Of a stretch of DNA of 64,000 nucleotides, positions 12,140 through 23,834 are shown in pieces. The stretch comes from Plasmodiophora brassicae (Eukaryota). Both the position numbers and the translations under genes were made by a program. The notes below the pieces were generated by a model. The model was given only the letters and a program-made list of their open reading frames with translations, did no database searches and was not told the DNA's origin. Position 1 is the first letter of the stretch, and every line of letters starts with the position of its first letter. The stretch spans positions 806,001 to 870,000 of the forward strand of contig CP145411.1 in the NCBI GenBank assembly GCA_036867785.1, written 5' to 3'.

Positions 12140-15100
12140 ATGGGCGCTGGCACGGAATGTCATGCGCCGCTGGAAACGGTCCGCGTCGAGGAGAGCACCG
12201 ACCGCGATGATTACCATGTGCTGCCGGTGGAAGGCGTTGCGAAGATACTCGACGTTGACGTGCGCACGGGCCTGAGCACGAACGAGGCTAGTCGGCGACT
12301 GCAGGTGTTTGGAGAGAACCAGTTACGCAGCAGCGGTGGAAGCAATATCGCGCGGATACTGATTCGCCAATGTGCTAACATCATGTCCGCTGTCCTGGTG
12401 GCCGCCATGATTCTCTCATTCGTGACCAAGGATTTCGTTGAGGGAACCGTGATCGCGCTTATCGTCGTCACCAACGTCATCATTGGGTTCTTCCAGGAGT
12501 ACAAAGCGGAACGAACCATGGAAGCGCTTCGGAAGATGACGGCACCGACGTCAAATGTGCTCCGAGACGGGCGCCAGAAAACAATCCCGACCATTCACGT
12601 CGTTCCAGGTTTTACGCGATCCTGGCAACTCGAAATCAGAGTCTCATTCCTCCTGCGCTTTAGGTGATGTGCTCCTGCTTAAGAACGGCGATGCTGTGGG
12701 GGCCGACAGCAGAATATTCTCTGAGCAAGTTCTGTCGATTGACGAAGCGCTGCTAACTGGGGAATCGTGTGCTGTCGACAAAGTCCACATCCCAGTCGGC
12801 AAGGGCTCGTCCTACGTACCTCTTGGCGAGCGGACCAGTATGGCGTTCGCGAGCACGGTCGTTATCAGCGGTCGTGGCAAAGGCATCGTTGTTCGAACGG
12901 GGATGCAAACGGAAATCGGGAAAATCGCTACCAGCGTTGAGCTGGCTAGCGGATCTGCAGAGAAGACTCCTCTGCAGAAGTCGATAGACTCGATGGCCGT
13001 TGTACTGCTCGCGGTCGCCCTCGCACTCGCCTTCCTTGTGTTTGCTGCACACAAGTTCGCGTACAGTAACGACATCGCGCTGTACGCCGTATCGCTCGCA
13101 ATTGCCGTCATCCCAGAGGGTCTCATGGCAGTCGTAACATTGACGATGGCGTTTGGAGTGCGGGTCATGGCAGCCCATCGTGTGCTTGTTCGACGCGTCA
13201 ACATCCTTGAAGTCCTTGGCCATGTCACCAACATCTGTTCGGATAAGACGGGGACCCTAACTCAGGCGAAGATGGCGGTCGCAGCCTTGTGGCTGCCCGC
13301 TGAGGACCATATTGCAGTTCAGCGGCCGACTTCTGGTAGTGTGCTGAATCCGACGCCTGCACCAAGCAGCCCATATGCCATCCTTCAGACTGCAGCGGGA
13401 ACTGAGCCCAAGGCCTTGTCGACAGATTTGTCGAGTTTGGCGCTTTGCACTTCCTTGTGCAATATGGCTGAATTGACCTTCGATCCCATTTCGACCACAT
13501 GGCATGGTATCGGGGAAGGAACCGAGATCGCCCTTCAGGTTTTCGCTCACCGCCTGGAAGTCGGGAAGCCCGCATTGCTGGAGAAAGGATGGCAGATACT
13601 GGCCGAGTTTCCATTCGACTCCTCTGTCAAACGCATGAGCACAATCTACACTTCCCCAGATCAGGTTGGGGGCATTGCATTTGCAAAGGGTGCGCCCGAA
13701 TGCATTATTGGCATGTGCGATCACATTCAACGCAACGGCGTCAGTGAAGCCATTGGTTTGGGCGACCTGCGATCCCTGGTGCTTCCTGCTGTCACGGAAA
13801 TGGCTCAGCAAGGCATGCGCGTCCTGGCATTTGCGACGCGTCTTGTCCCACAAATCAGGTAATCTCATATTTGCGTATGCATTGTCACCTACAGCTTTAA
13901 TGAATGGCGTTAGGTCCCACGAAGACGCTCGATCCCTTCCACGGGAGGACCTAGAGAAGCATATGACGTTCCTTGGCCTCACAGGAATATTCGATCCACC
14001 AAGGGCTGAAACTCAGCAGAGCATTGAACTGTGCCACAGAGCTGGTATTGCTGTCCATATGCTGACTGGGGATCACGAGGCCACTGCAGTCGCCATTGCT
14101 AAACAGGTGGGGATCCTAACGACTTCACCTGGCAACGAGACCGGGCGAGTTGCGACCTCTAAGACTTTCGACGAGTTGGTCGACTGCGAAATCGGTAGGT
14201 CATTTGTGTGCCTGTGCTGTGCAATACGTTGGTGACTGCTGGACATGCAGATCGGTTGCCCGAGCTTCCCCTGGTCATTGCTCGCTGCTCGCCGCAGACC
14301 AAGATCCGCATGGTACAAGCTCTGCACCGCCGATCAAGAATCGTGATGATGACTGGCGACGGCGTTAACGATGCGCCTAGCTTGAAGATAGCGAACGTTG
14401 GAGCTGCGATGGGGAAAACGGGCTCCGATGTTACGAAGCAAGCCTCCGACATCGTTTTGACGGACGATAACTTCGTAAGGCTGGCGACGTGCAACATTTG
14501 GAAGGCGATAGAGACTGAATGGTCATATCAGGCATCCATCGTTCGAGCTGTTAGCGAGGGTCGGCGAATCTTTCGCAACATTCAGTGTTTCGTATGCGTC
14601 CTTGTCGGAGGAAACGTTGGCGAGCTTGTTGCGCTCACTATTGGCCTCTTTGTCTTCCGAACCAGCAGCGGTGCGGCCGTCTTCCCGCTCTCTCCAGTTC
14701 AGATTCTCGTCAACAATTTCGTAAGGAGATGTATACTGGGCATTTGGGCGGCCCCAAATCGTTGATTTCTACTTGCAGATAACTGGGACTCCATCGGCCC
14801 TCGCATTAGGGCTGGAGAAACACGTCTACCATATCATGGAACAGCCACCACGACCCGCCGGGTCCGGTCTGTTTGACAATGAGCTCATTGCTGACATTCT
14901 CTTCTTCGGGTTCGTTCTCGGTGCCCTCTCCACCACAAACTTCGTTCTTGTCGTGTACATTCTGGGTACTGGCGACACTACTACCTATGATTGCAATCAC
15001 GATTACAGCAATGCCTGTGACGTGATATTTCGGGCCCGTGGATGTTTGTTCGCTACACTGGTATGCTGTCTCGTCTCATAATCGCCTGTGGACACTGCAC

Positions 15101-15421
15101 TAATGTGTTGTACCGAACCAGACCATTCTTATGTTGCTGCATACCTACAACTGTCGGCGAAGGCGGGAGTCAGTCTGGAACCCTCGGTTCTTTGAGCAGG
15201 CGTTTGAGAACCCGTATATCGCCTATGCGCTTGCCGTCGGAATAGCCATTACTCTTATCAGCTTGTATGTGCCCGGCCTCAACTTGGATGTTTTCAAACA
15301 GGCGCCTATCGGCCTGACAGAGTGGGGACTGGTTGCGTTGTCGATCGTTATATTCATTGCTGTCTCCGAGTGTTACAAGTTCGTGAAGAGAAGAACCCTC
15401 GACGACCCGCGGCCGGCATAG
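12140..15421 (+). CDS. P-type IID (ENA-type) Na+/K+-efflux ATPase, copy 1; 7 exons
   Basis: TGES, IPEGL, phosphorylation site ICSDKTGTLT, GTEIALQVFAHR, AEFPFDSSVKRMS, MLTGDH, LPLVIARCSPQTK, TGDGVNDAP. Six GT-AG introns, e.g. 12609-12663 and 13859-13913. Confidence 0.92.
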
Positions 15422-15501
15422 GGCTCGGCACTAGAACACGATACGGTCGAAGAAATGAACAGAAGCAGACCAGGGCATTCGATGACAACCCAGTGTGTTT
15501 T

Positions 15502-15770
15502 TCATGAGCTGACCTTGTACCGGCATAATGTGAGGTTCCAACCGAACCACGAAGACTGTCGTGAAGTGGTCCTCGTCCAACGGGTAGTGCGCGTCGACGC
15601 TGGCGGCGACATCTGCTGTGCCGACGACGCCTCTGATAACACTAGCAGCGAAAGCTGCGCAGTGGAGAGCGCTCCAACTCCTTTAGCACGAGATGAACGT
15701 GCTGGGATAGAACATTCGAGTCGTAGATGTTGACTGGAGCAATGAAACAAGTTGGGATAACGGCGACCTG
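15502..15770 (-). pseudogene. Truncated, frameshifted copy of the TRAPPC5 3' exon
   Basis: Aligns to 22277-22546 with indels (gcac-gag vs gcaccgag; ccg--gcat vs ccgttgcat). The 5' exons are absent. Confidence 0.85.
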
Positions 15771-15877
15771 AAGCAGAATATCGGCCCCTTGTAACTAGCT
15801 AATATCTGGACTTGCGCTGGGTTCGTATGGCCTTGTGGATCGGAGGAAAGACTATGTAGGTCTAGGTAGGAGGCTGC

Positions 15878-16573
15878 TTGGCACCTGCGGCGTAAACCGC
15901 AGACCGCAATCCGCGGGCGCCAAAGTCCGCAGTGCGAACTTTTATGCGCACGGCGCACGCCGCACGCCGCACGGAGCCGCCCGGCATGGGACGACGAAGA
16001 CACAGGCGGTATCGACAGATGGCGCGGCTGACAGCGAGGCGGTGGCTCTGGCCGCTTTGAAAATACGGGTCAACTTGGAGCTACTCGCCTATGCCTCGTA
16101 TTGCGTGACCAAGGAAGACAAGGCGATGCTCAAGTCGGGAAATCACAAGTCAGGGGCGCTACTTGGCTGGTGGAAGGCCAAGGTGTCGACTTGGCCCATC
16201 CTCGCGCGCGCAGTTCGATCGGTTATTACCATTCCGGCGGCGAGCTCCAAGTCCGAGAACAAATTTTCTGATGCTTGCAACACGGTCACCACCAAGCTCA
16301 ACGGACTGAAGCCAGCGACACTGAAACATGCTCATGTGCCTGCTCTCTAAGGGGGCTCTCAAAGCATCTGACTTTGATCGGCCGGGTATGGCCACGAAAT
16401 TGGATCGCCGGGTGTGCATCGGGAATGGGCTGGTAATTCCCTGCCGCGGGTCGGATCGGGTATGGGTATGATTTTTTATATTCGACTGGTCGGGTACGGG
16501 TGCGGGTAGAGTTGTCCTCGCGGCGGCCGGGTACGGGTGTGGGTACATGCCTAAAACCCATTGTCATGCACTG
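15878..16573 (+). mobile_element. Truncated, internally deleted hAT element (3' end intact, 5' TIR missing)
   Basis: Encodes the hAT C-terminal dimerisation motif LLGWWKAKVSTWPILARAVRSVITIPAASSKSENKFS. Ends in ...TGTCATGCACTG at 16573. 16016-16573 is an inverted copy of 16658-17209. Confidence 0.88.
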
Positions 16574-16916
16574 CTGGACGGGTTCACGCTGCGGCAGAAC
16601 GCGCAGCAGGCCACCCGACCAACAGATTTGCAGATAGCACTCGAGCGCCACTGCTGGCAGTGCATGACATCGGATTTTAGGCATGTACCCACACCCGTAC
16701 CCGGCCGCCGCGAGGACAACTCCACCCGCACCCGGCCGATCGGGTGCGGTTACCCATACCCGACCCGATTCGACCCGCGGCTGGGAAATACCAGCTCATA
16801 CCCGATGCACACCCGACGATCCAATTTCGTGGCCGTACCCGGCCGATCAAAGTCAGATGTTTTATTTGAGATCACTGTTAGAGCGCAGGCACATGAGCAT
16901 GTTCATGTCGCTGGCT

Positions 16917-18336
16917 TCAGTCCGTTGCGCATGGTGGTGACCGTGTTGCCAGCATCAGAAAATGTGTTCTCGGACTTGGAGCTCGCCGCCGGAATGGTAA
17001 TAACCGATCGAACTGCGCGCGCGAGGATGGGCCAAGTCGACGCCTTGGCCTTCCCCAGCCCAGTAGCGCCCCTGACTTGTGATCTTCCGACTTGAGCATC
17101 GCCTTGTCTTCCTTGGTCACGCAATACGAGGCATAGGCGAGTAGCTCCAAGTTGACCCGTATTTTCAAAGCGGCCAGAGCCACCGCCTCGCTGTCAGCCG
17201 CGCCATCTGAGTCGTCGTCGTCGACACCATCTACGTTTTCGTCATCAGACTGTGATCATGGAGGGTAGGAAGTCGAAGCCTTTCTATGAGTACAAAGATC
17301 ATGCTCCTGCGAACAGAGCAGGAGCATCGTAGAAAGGCTTCGACTTCTTACCCTCCATGATCACATTCCGCTTGTCCAGCACAAACGACACGCACGTCCC
17401 GATCTTGTGGCACTTGCAGGACTCGTGGACGGAATGCCCTCCGCGCCGATACTGTTGGACGCGCTGTCCGTCGTCACGACGATCTGGTCATCGGCGGGTA
17501 TCTCGTCGTCCGCGATCGTGATGAAGGGCTTAATCGGGCTGACGAACTCGGTGAGGATTCTCGGAAGCGCTGTGGCGGCTCCCTTCCGGAAACTGGTCGC
17601 AGGAGACGGTCCTGGCGTGCAGAATGAAGTCCTCGTCGATATGGTGGAGCGTGACCGACATGAACGACACGTTATTGATACCGTCGGCCCATATATCGGT
17701 CATTGCACCGAAGATCACCTTGTCCTTGATGTGCGCGTTCAGCACCGACTTGACCTTGGTCGTCAGCTTCTCACAGCGCTGGACCGTGGCGAGCTTGACC
17801 GCCTTCGGTACGCAAACCAGGTCGCAGATCCGCATCGGTTTCTTTGTCGCCATGCCGATGTCGTAGGCCGTCTGCATGGCAGCCAGGAATCCTTGGTTGC
17901 CGACCATGTGGAACGGGCGCATGTCTTCGGCACACATGTCGGCGCGCATTCTTCACGCGGGACTTCTGACTCACGTTCGGCTTGCAGGCAGGCATGCAGA
18001 ACTTCTCAATGGTGATTGAACTAGCAGCCGCGACGACGGCGGCCGGGCACTTGTCGTGAACGTTCCGCGACTTGTGGTGTAGCCGTATAAGGTAGCACAA
18101 GTAGTACATTCCATCAGGCGAACAATGATTGATGGCGACTCTGCGTATTCGATGGCATGACCATTCGCGTCGCAGACCGGTCCGAAGCGCTTCCAGACAT
18201 CCGCAGTCGCCGGCGCTTGGCCGCGATCGAATCTGGCAACGAAACACATCGATGAATCGTTCTGAAACTCCACGACAACCTCTTTCTTGAGCTCATCTAG
18301 AGATATCTCCTCGGCGAGGCGGCGTATGGATGGCAT
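16917..18336 (-). pseudogene. Frameshifted, internally deleted hAT (Hermes/hobo-like) transposase
   Basis: BED-finger-like DVWKRF...CTTC, then CAEDMRPFHMVGNQGF, catalytic MTDIWAD...SFMSVTLH, VVTTDSASN, CKCH and a C-terminal WPILARAVRSVITIPAAS segment, spread over several frames. Confidence 0.88.
17251..17365. mobile_element. 115-bp fold-back/MITE-like insert with TGT...ACA ends
   Basis: Left arm TGTGATCATGGAGGGTAGGAAGTCGAAGCCTTTCTA and right arm TAGAAAGGCTTCGACTTCTTACCCTCCATGATCACA (36 bp, 1 mismatch). Inner ATGCTCCTGC/GCAGGAGCAT stem. Confidence 0.75.
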
Positions 18337-18910
18337 GATAGGCACGTGGCGCTCCCTGCGTCCCCCAGGAACAATCCCAACGTCTGCCCGAGCATGCCCC
18401 GCGGACTGCGGTCTGCGGATTGACGGATTCCGCAGGTGACACGCCGCCAAGTCGAGGTTCTATTCGCGGAAGTGGCCAGTGGGCAGTGAGCACTGGGCAC
18501 TTGGCACTGGGGTTTTGCGTATACTGTACCCGCACCCGTGGCCGCCCGAACAAGAAGCAGTACCCGCAGTCTACCCAGCCGCAGAGCTTTCCAGCACCCA
18601 TACCCGTACCCGCCCGCGGGTAGGCCGGGTAAGCGGCTCGGGTACGGGTATCGGGTACCCGATGTCATGCACTGCACGATTTCTCTGAGGCTGGGTGTGC
18701 CCACGCACGCAAGTGCTCCGCGTCGCAAAAAGCCAGAGGGAACCAAATACGGCTGTCAGGAACACGAGGCTCGTAAGGGAATCCTGACGAGCACGGTTCC
18801 CACAACTCCTTCCTTTTTTCAGTTTCCTCGAGAAACACGAGGGCTTGTAGCTTGTAGCTGGCCCCGTCACAGGGTCATCGGCGTGAGTGATCCATTTTGG
18901 AATTCGAGGT

Positions 18911-21900
18911 ATGGGCGCTGCCAACGAACGTCGTGCGCCGCTGGAAGGCGTCCGCATCGAGACGAGCACCGACCGCGATGATTACCACGTGCTGCCGGCG
19001 GAAGACGTTGCGAAGATACTCGACGTCGACGTGAACACGGGCCTGAGCACGAACGAAGCTAGTCGGCGACTGCAGGTGTGTGGCGAGAACCAGTTGCGCA
19101 GCAGCGGGGGAAGCGATATCGTGCGGATACTGATTGGCCAATGCGCTAACATCATGACTGTCGTCCTGGTGGCCGCCATGATTCTCTCATTCGTGACCAA
19201 GGATTTCATTGAGGGAACCGTGATCGGGTTTATCGTCATTGCCAACATCATCATCGGGTTCTTCCAGGAGTACAAAGCGGAACGAACCATGGAAGCGCTT
19301 CGGAAGATGGCGGCACCAACGTCAAATGTGCTCCGAGACGGGCGCCAGAAAACAATCCCGACCATTCACGTCGTTCCAGGTTTTACACGATCCTGGCAAC
19401 TCGAAATCAGAGTCTCATTCCTCCTGCGCTTTAGGTGATGTGCTCTTGCTTAAGAACGGCGATGCTGTGGGGGCCGACAGCAGAATATTCTCTGAGCAAG
19501 TTCTGTCGATTGACGAAGCGCTGCTAACTGGGGAATCGTGTGCTGTCGACAAAGTCCACATCCCAGTCGGCAAGGGCTCGTCCTATGTACCTCTTGGCGA
19601 GCGGACCAATATGGCGTTCGCGAGCACGGTCGTTATCAGCGGTCGTGGCAAAGGCATCGTTGTTCGAACGGGGATGCAAACGGAAATCGGGAAAATCGCT
19701 ACCAGCGTTGAGCTGGCTAGCGGATCTGCAGAGAAGACTCCTCTGCAGAAGTCGTTGGACTCGATGGCCATTGTACTTCTCGTAGTCGCCTTCGCACTTG
19801 CCTTCCTTGTGTTTGCTGCACACAAGTTCGCGTACAGTAACGACATCGCGCTGTACGCCGTATCGCTCGCAATTGCCGTCATCCCAGAGGGGCTCATGGC
19901 AGTCGTAACATTGACGATGGCGTTTGGAGTGCGGGTCATGGCAGCCCATCGTGTCCTTGTTCGACGCGTCAACATCCTTGAAGTCCTTGGCCATGTCACC
20001 AACATCTGTTCGGATAAGACGGGGACTCTAACTCAGGCGAAGATGGCCGTCGCAGCCGTGTGGCTGCCCGCTGAGGACCATATTGCCGTTCAGCGGCCGA
20101 CGTCTGGTAGTGTGTTGAATCCGACGCCTGCACCAAGCAATCCATATGCCATTCTTCAGACTGCAGCGGGAACTGAGCCCAAGGCCTCGTCAACAGATTT
20201 GTCGCGTTTGACGCTTTGCACTTCCTTGTGCAATATGGCTGAATTGACCTTCGATCCCATTACGACCACATGGCATGGCATCGGAGAAGGAACCGAGATC
20301 GCCCTTCAGGTTTTCGCTCACCGCCTGGAATTCGGGAAGCCCGCATTGCTGGAGAAAGGATGGCAGATACTGGCCGAGTTTCCATTCGACTCCTCTGTCA
20401 AACGCATGAGCACAATCTACACTTCCCCAGATCAGGTTGGGGGCATTGCATTTGCAAAGGGTGCGCCCGAATGTATTATTGGCATGTGCGATCACGTTCA
20501 ACGCAACGGCGTCAGCGAGGCCATTGAGTTGGACGACCTGCGATCCCTGGTGCTTCCTGCTGTCACGGAAATGGCTCAGCAAGGCATGCGCGTCCTGGCA
20601 TTTGCGACGCGTCTTGTCCCGCAAATCAGGTAATCTCATATTTGCGTATGCATTGTCACCTACAGCTTTAATGAATGGCGTTAGGTCCCACGAAGACGCT
20701 CGATCCCTTCCACGGGAGGACCTAGAGAAGCATATGACGTTCCTCGGCCTTACTGGAATATTCGATCCACCAAGGGCAGAGACCCAACAGAGCATTGAAC
20801 TGTGCCACAGAGCTGGTATTACTGTCCATATGCTGACTGGGGACCACGAGGCCACTGCAGTCGCCATTGCTAAACAGGTGGGGATCCTAACGACTTCACC
20901 TGGCAACGAGACCGGGCGAGTTGCGACCTCTAAGACTTTCGACGAGTTGGACGACGGCGGAATCGGTAGGTCATTTTGAGTGCCTGTAATGTGCGGTACG
21001 TTGATGACTGCTGGACATGCAGATCGGTTGCCCGACCTTCCGCTGGTCATTGCTCGCTGCTCGCCGCTGACCAAGATCCGCATGGTACAAGCTCTGCACC
21101 GCCGATCAAGAATCGTGATGATGACTGGCGACGGCGTTAACGATGCGCCTAGCTTGAAGATAGCCAACGTTGGAGCAGCGATGGGGAAAACGGGCTCCGA
21201 TGTTACGAAGCAAGCCTCTGACATCGTCTTGACGGACGATAACTTCGTAAGGCTGGCGACGTGCAACATTTGGAAGGCGGTAGAGATTGATTTGTCTTAT
21301 CAGGCATCCATCGTTCGAGCTGTTAGTGAGGGTCGGCGAATCTTTCGCAATATTCAGTGTTTCATATCCGTTCTTGTCGGAGGAAACGTTGGCGAGCTTG
21401 TTGCGCTCACTATTGGCCTCTTTGTCTTCCGAACCAGCAGCGGTGCGGCCGTCTTCCCGCTCTCTCCAGTTCAGATTCTCGTCAACAATTTCGTAAAGAG
21501 ATGTATACTGGGCATTTGGGCGGCCCCAAATCGTTGATTTCTACTTGCAGATAACTGGGACTCCATCGGCCCTCGCATTAGGGCTGGAGAAACACGTCTA
21601 CCATATCATGGAACAGCCACCACGACCCGCCGGGTCCGGTCTGTTTGACAATGAGCTCATTGCTGACATTCTCTTCTTCGGGTTCGTTCTCGGTGCCCTC
21701 TCCACCACAAACTTCGTCCTTGTCGTGTACCTTCTGGGTATTGGCGACACTACTACCTATGATTGCAATCACGATTACAGCAATGCCTGTGACGTGATAT
21801 TTCGGGCCCGTGGATGTTTGTTCGCTACACTGGTATGCTGTCTCGTCTCATAATCGCCTGTGGACACTGCACTAATGAGTTGTATCGAACCAGACCATTC

Positions 21901-22193
21901 TTATGTTGCTGCATACCTACAACTGTCGGCGAAGGCGGGAGTCAGTCTGGAACCCTCGGTTCTTTGAGCAGGCGTTTGAGAACCCGTATATTGCCTATGC
22001 GCTTGCCGTCGGAATAGCCATTACTCTTATCAGCTTGTACTTACCGGGCCTCAACTTGATCGTTTTCAAACAGGCGCCTATCGGCCTGATAGAGTGGGGT
22101 CTGGTTGCATTGTCGATCGTTATATTCATTGGCGTCTCCGAGTGTTACAAGTTCGTCAAGAGAAGAATCCTCGATGACCCGCGGCCGGCATAG
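18911..22193 (+). CDS. P-type IID (ENA-type) Na+/K+-efflux ATPase, copy 2; 7 exons
   Basis: Same motifs and intron positions as 12140-15421. No stop codons or frameshifts seen in the exons. Confidence 0.92.
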
Positions 22194-22276
22194 GGCTCGG
22201 CACTGAAACAAGATACGGTCGATCGAACAATGAACACAAGGAGTTTAGCACGCTCGTTGACAACCCAGTGTGTTTA

Positions 22277-23190
22277 TCATGAGCTGGCCTTGTGCCGTTG
22301 CATAATGTGAGGTTCAAACCGAATCACAAAGACTGTCGTGAAGTGATCCTCGTCCGAAGGGTAGTGCGCGTCGACGCTGGCAGCGAAATCTGCTGTGTCG
22401 AGGACGCCTTTGATAACACCAGCAGCGAAAGCGGCGCAGTTCAGGGCGCCCATCTCCTTCGGCACCGAGATGAATTTGTTGGTTAGAACATTGGAGTCGT
22501 AGATGTAGACTGGGACAGTGAATCACATTAGGACCGCGACGACCTGGAATACGCTGTCGGGTTGTCGTACACTCATTCGGCCTCTCAGTTGACTTCTCCA
22601 GTCGATCAGCGGCGTGGTCAAACAACCCCTCCACAGATTTCAACATATTACATTTGGTGCATTCAAACGAGCGAAGGCGGTGTACCTTCCAGACAGTGGT
22701 CTGAATGAATTGCAGAATCGGAACAAGGTCTAAGCAGCGGCTTCTTGCGACTCTGGGAGTGCGGTCACGACGCGCCCGTCGCATCAGCGCCACGCCAGAC
22801 AGTTCTGGTTCGCCGCGACATGCAATCATGTCTAGAGCGCGAGCACCGACACTTTCGCCCTGAAGCAGTCCCGTTCAGACAACGCGCCGGCCGATGGTTC
22901 GGACACCCAACAATCCACTGACGATGGCAGACAGTCGCCCCTCGAGCTCGACGATGGCGTGGACGCGGGCCGACGAGTACTGCACGATCTCGGAGAACAG
23001 CAACGACATTGCCGACAGCGACACAGCCGGCGTCGTCGACAATGACATGTCGATCGGGGGACCGCGCGCGCAGTCCGACCCTTTGTGTGGCGACGTTCAC
23101 CTTTTCAGGCGTACGTTCGCGTCCCCCCTGTTCTTCAATAAATACGCGCCGTGGACGATCGTGTATATTTCTAGCACGATCGTGAGGCAT
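22277..23190 (-). CDS. TRAPPC5: TRAPP complex subunit 5 (Trs31), multi-exon
   Basis: VSLSAMSLLFSEIVQY, ILQFIQTTVWK, LFDHAADRLEKS, FISVPKEMGALNCAAFAAGVIKGVLD. Probable ATG at 23190. Confidence 0.9.
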
Positions 23191-23366
23191 TTCTGAGCAG
23201 CCTGCCCTAGTGCTGGTGCTGGGCCAGAACGCCGCGAGCGAGTGGCGCCAGTGGTGAGGTCGGTCGGAGAAAACCGCGGGACGGCTCGCGCGGTGGACGA
23301 GCCCTCGCCACTGGTCACAAGGCATTGCGCCAGACCCCGGCTGTGCGCGCCACCAAGCAACACAAG

Positions 23367-23834
23367 ATGGACGGCGGCGCATGCGGTAGCGATGCTGGGC
23401 GGATGTCGCGGGAGCCATGCCAGCGCCGGGCGCCCGATGGGCGGGTCATTGTGCGCGAGCAGGATGTCACGCTGCCGATCTTCAACGTGAACCGCGTCAT
23501 GCGGTCGTGCTTGCCGTCGACGTGCCTGGTGTCCAACGACGCGAAACAGCTTGTCCAGCAGTGCGTCGGCGAGTTCATCGGGTTCGTGACCAGCGAGGCC
23601 TGCGAGTACGTGATGGTCGATCAGCGGAAAACCATGACGGGTGACGATGTCCTCGATGCGATGGGCCGCCTGGGGTTCGACGACTATCGCGACCAGGTCC
23701 ACACGCTGCTACTGGAGTATCGCCTAGCGACGAAAGGCACCGTGGTCGGCAGCTTGAGACGTGGCGGGACCTTCCGAACGCAACAGAACGCCAGGCTACT
23801 CGCTGCCGATCAAGCGTCCGCGCATACCCAATAA
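23367..23834 (+). CDS. NF-YB/CBF-A-type histone-fold transcription factor
   Basis: VREQDVTLPIFNVNRVMRSCLP...SNDAKQLVQQCVGEFIGFVTSEA...QRKTMTGDDVLDAMGRLGFDDY follows the NF-YB consensus. Confidence 0.9.
   Translation: MDGGACGSDAGRMSREPCQRRAPDGRVIVREQDVTLPIFNVNRVMRSCLPSTCLVSNDAKQLVQQCVGEFIGFVTSEACEYVMVDQRKTMTGDDVLDAMGRLGFDDYRDQVHTLLLEYRLATKGTVVGSLRRGGTFRTQQNARLLAADQASAHTQ

Larger units (their letters stand above)
16658..18674 (-). mobile_element. Non-autonomous hAT DNA transposon with both termini (16-bp perfect TIR CAGTGCATGACATCGG)
   Basis: CAGTGCATGACATCGG at 16658-16673 and its reverse complement CCGATGTCATGCACTG at 18659-18674. Subterminal ACCCG/CGGGT and GGGTAC repeats at both ends. Degenerate transposase inside. 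No 8-bp TSD visible. Confidence 0.92.
11992..22546 (+). repeat. Tandem segmental duplication: unit 1 ~11992-15770; unit 2 ~15820-22546, interrupted by transposons
   Basis: ENA gene, 3' flank and TRAPPC5 3' end are all present twice. Promoter pieces 11992-12039, 12065-12098 and 12098-12139 recur at 15820-15853, 16576-16609 and 18866-18910. Confidence 0.9.

Noticed and set aside
16440-16800. Short repeated GGGTAC/ACCCG units, superficially array-like
   Set aside because: These are hAT subterminal repeats. There is no regular repeat-spacer periodicity, so not CRISPR.
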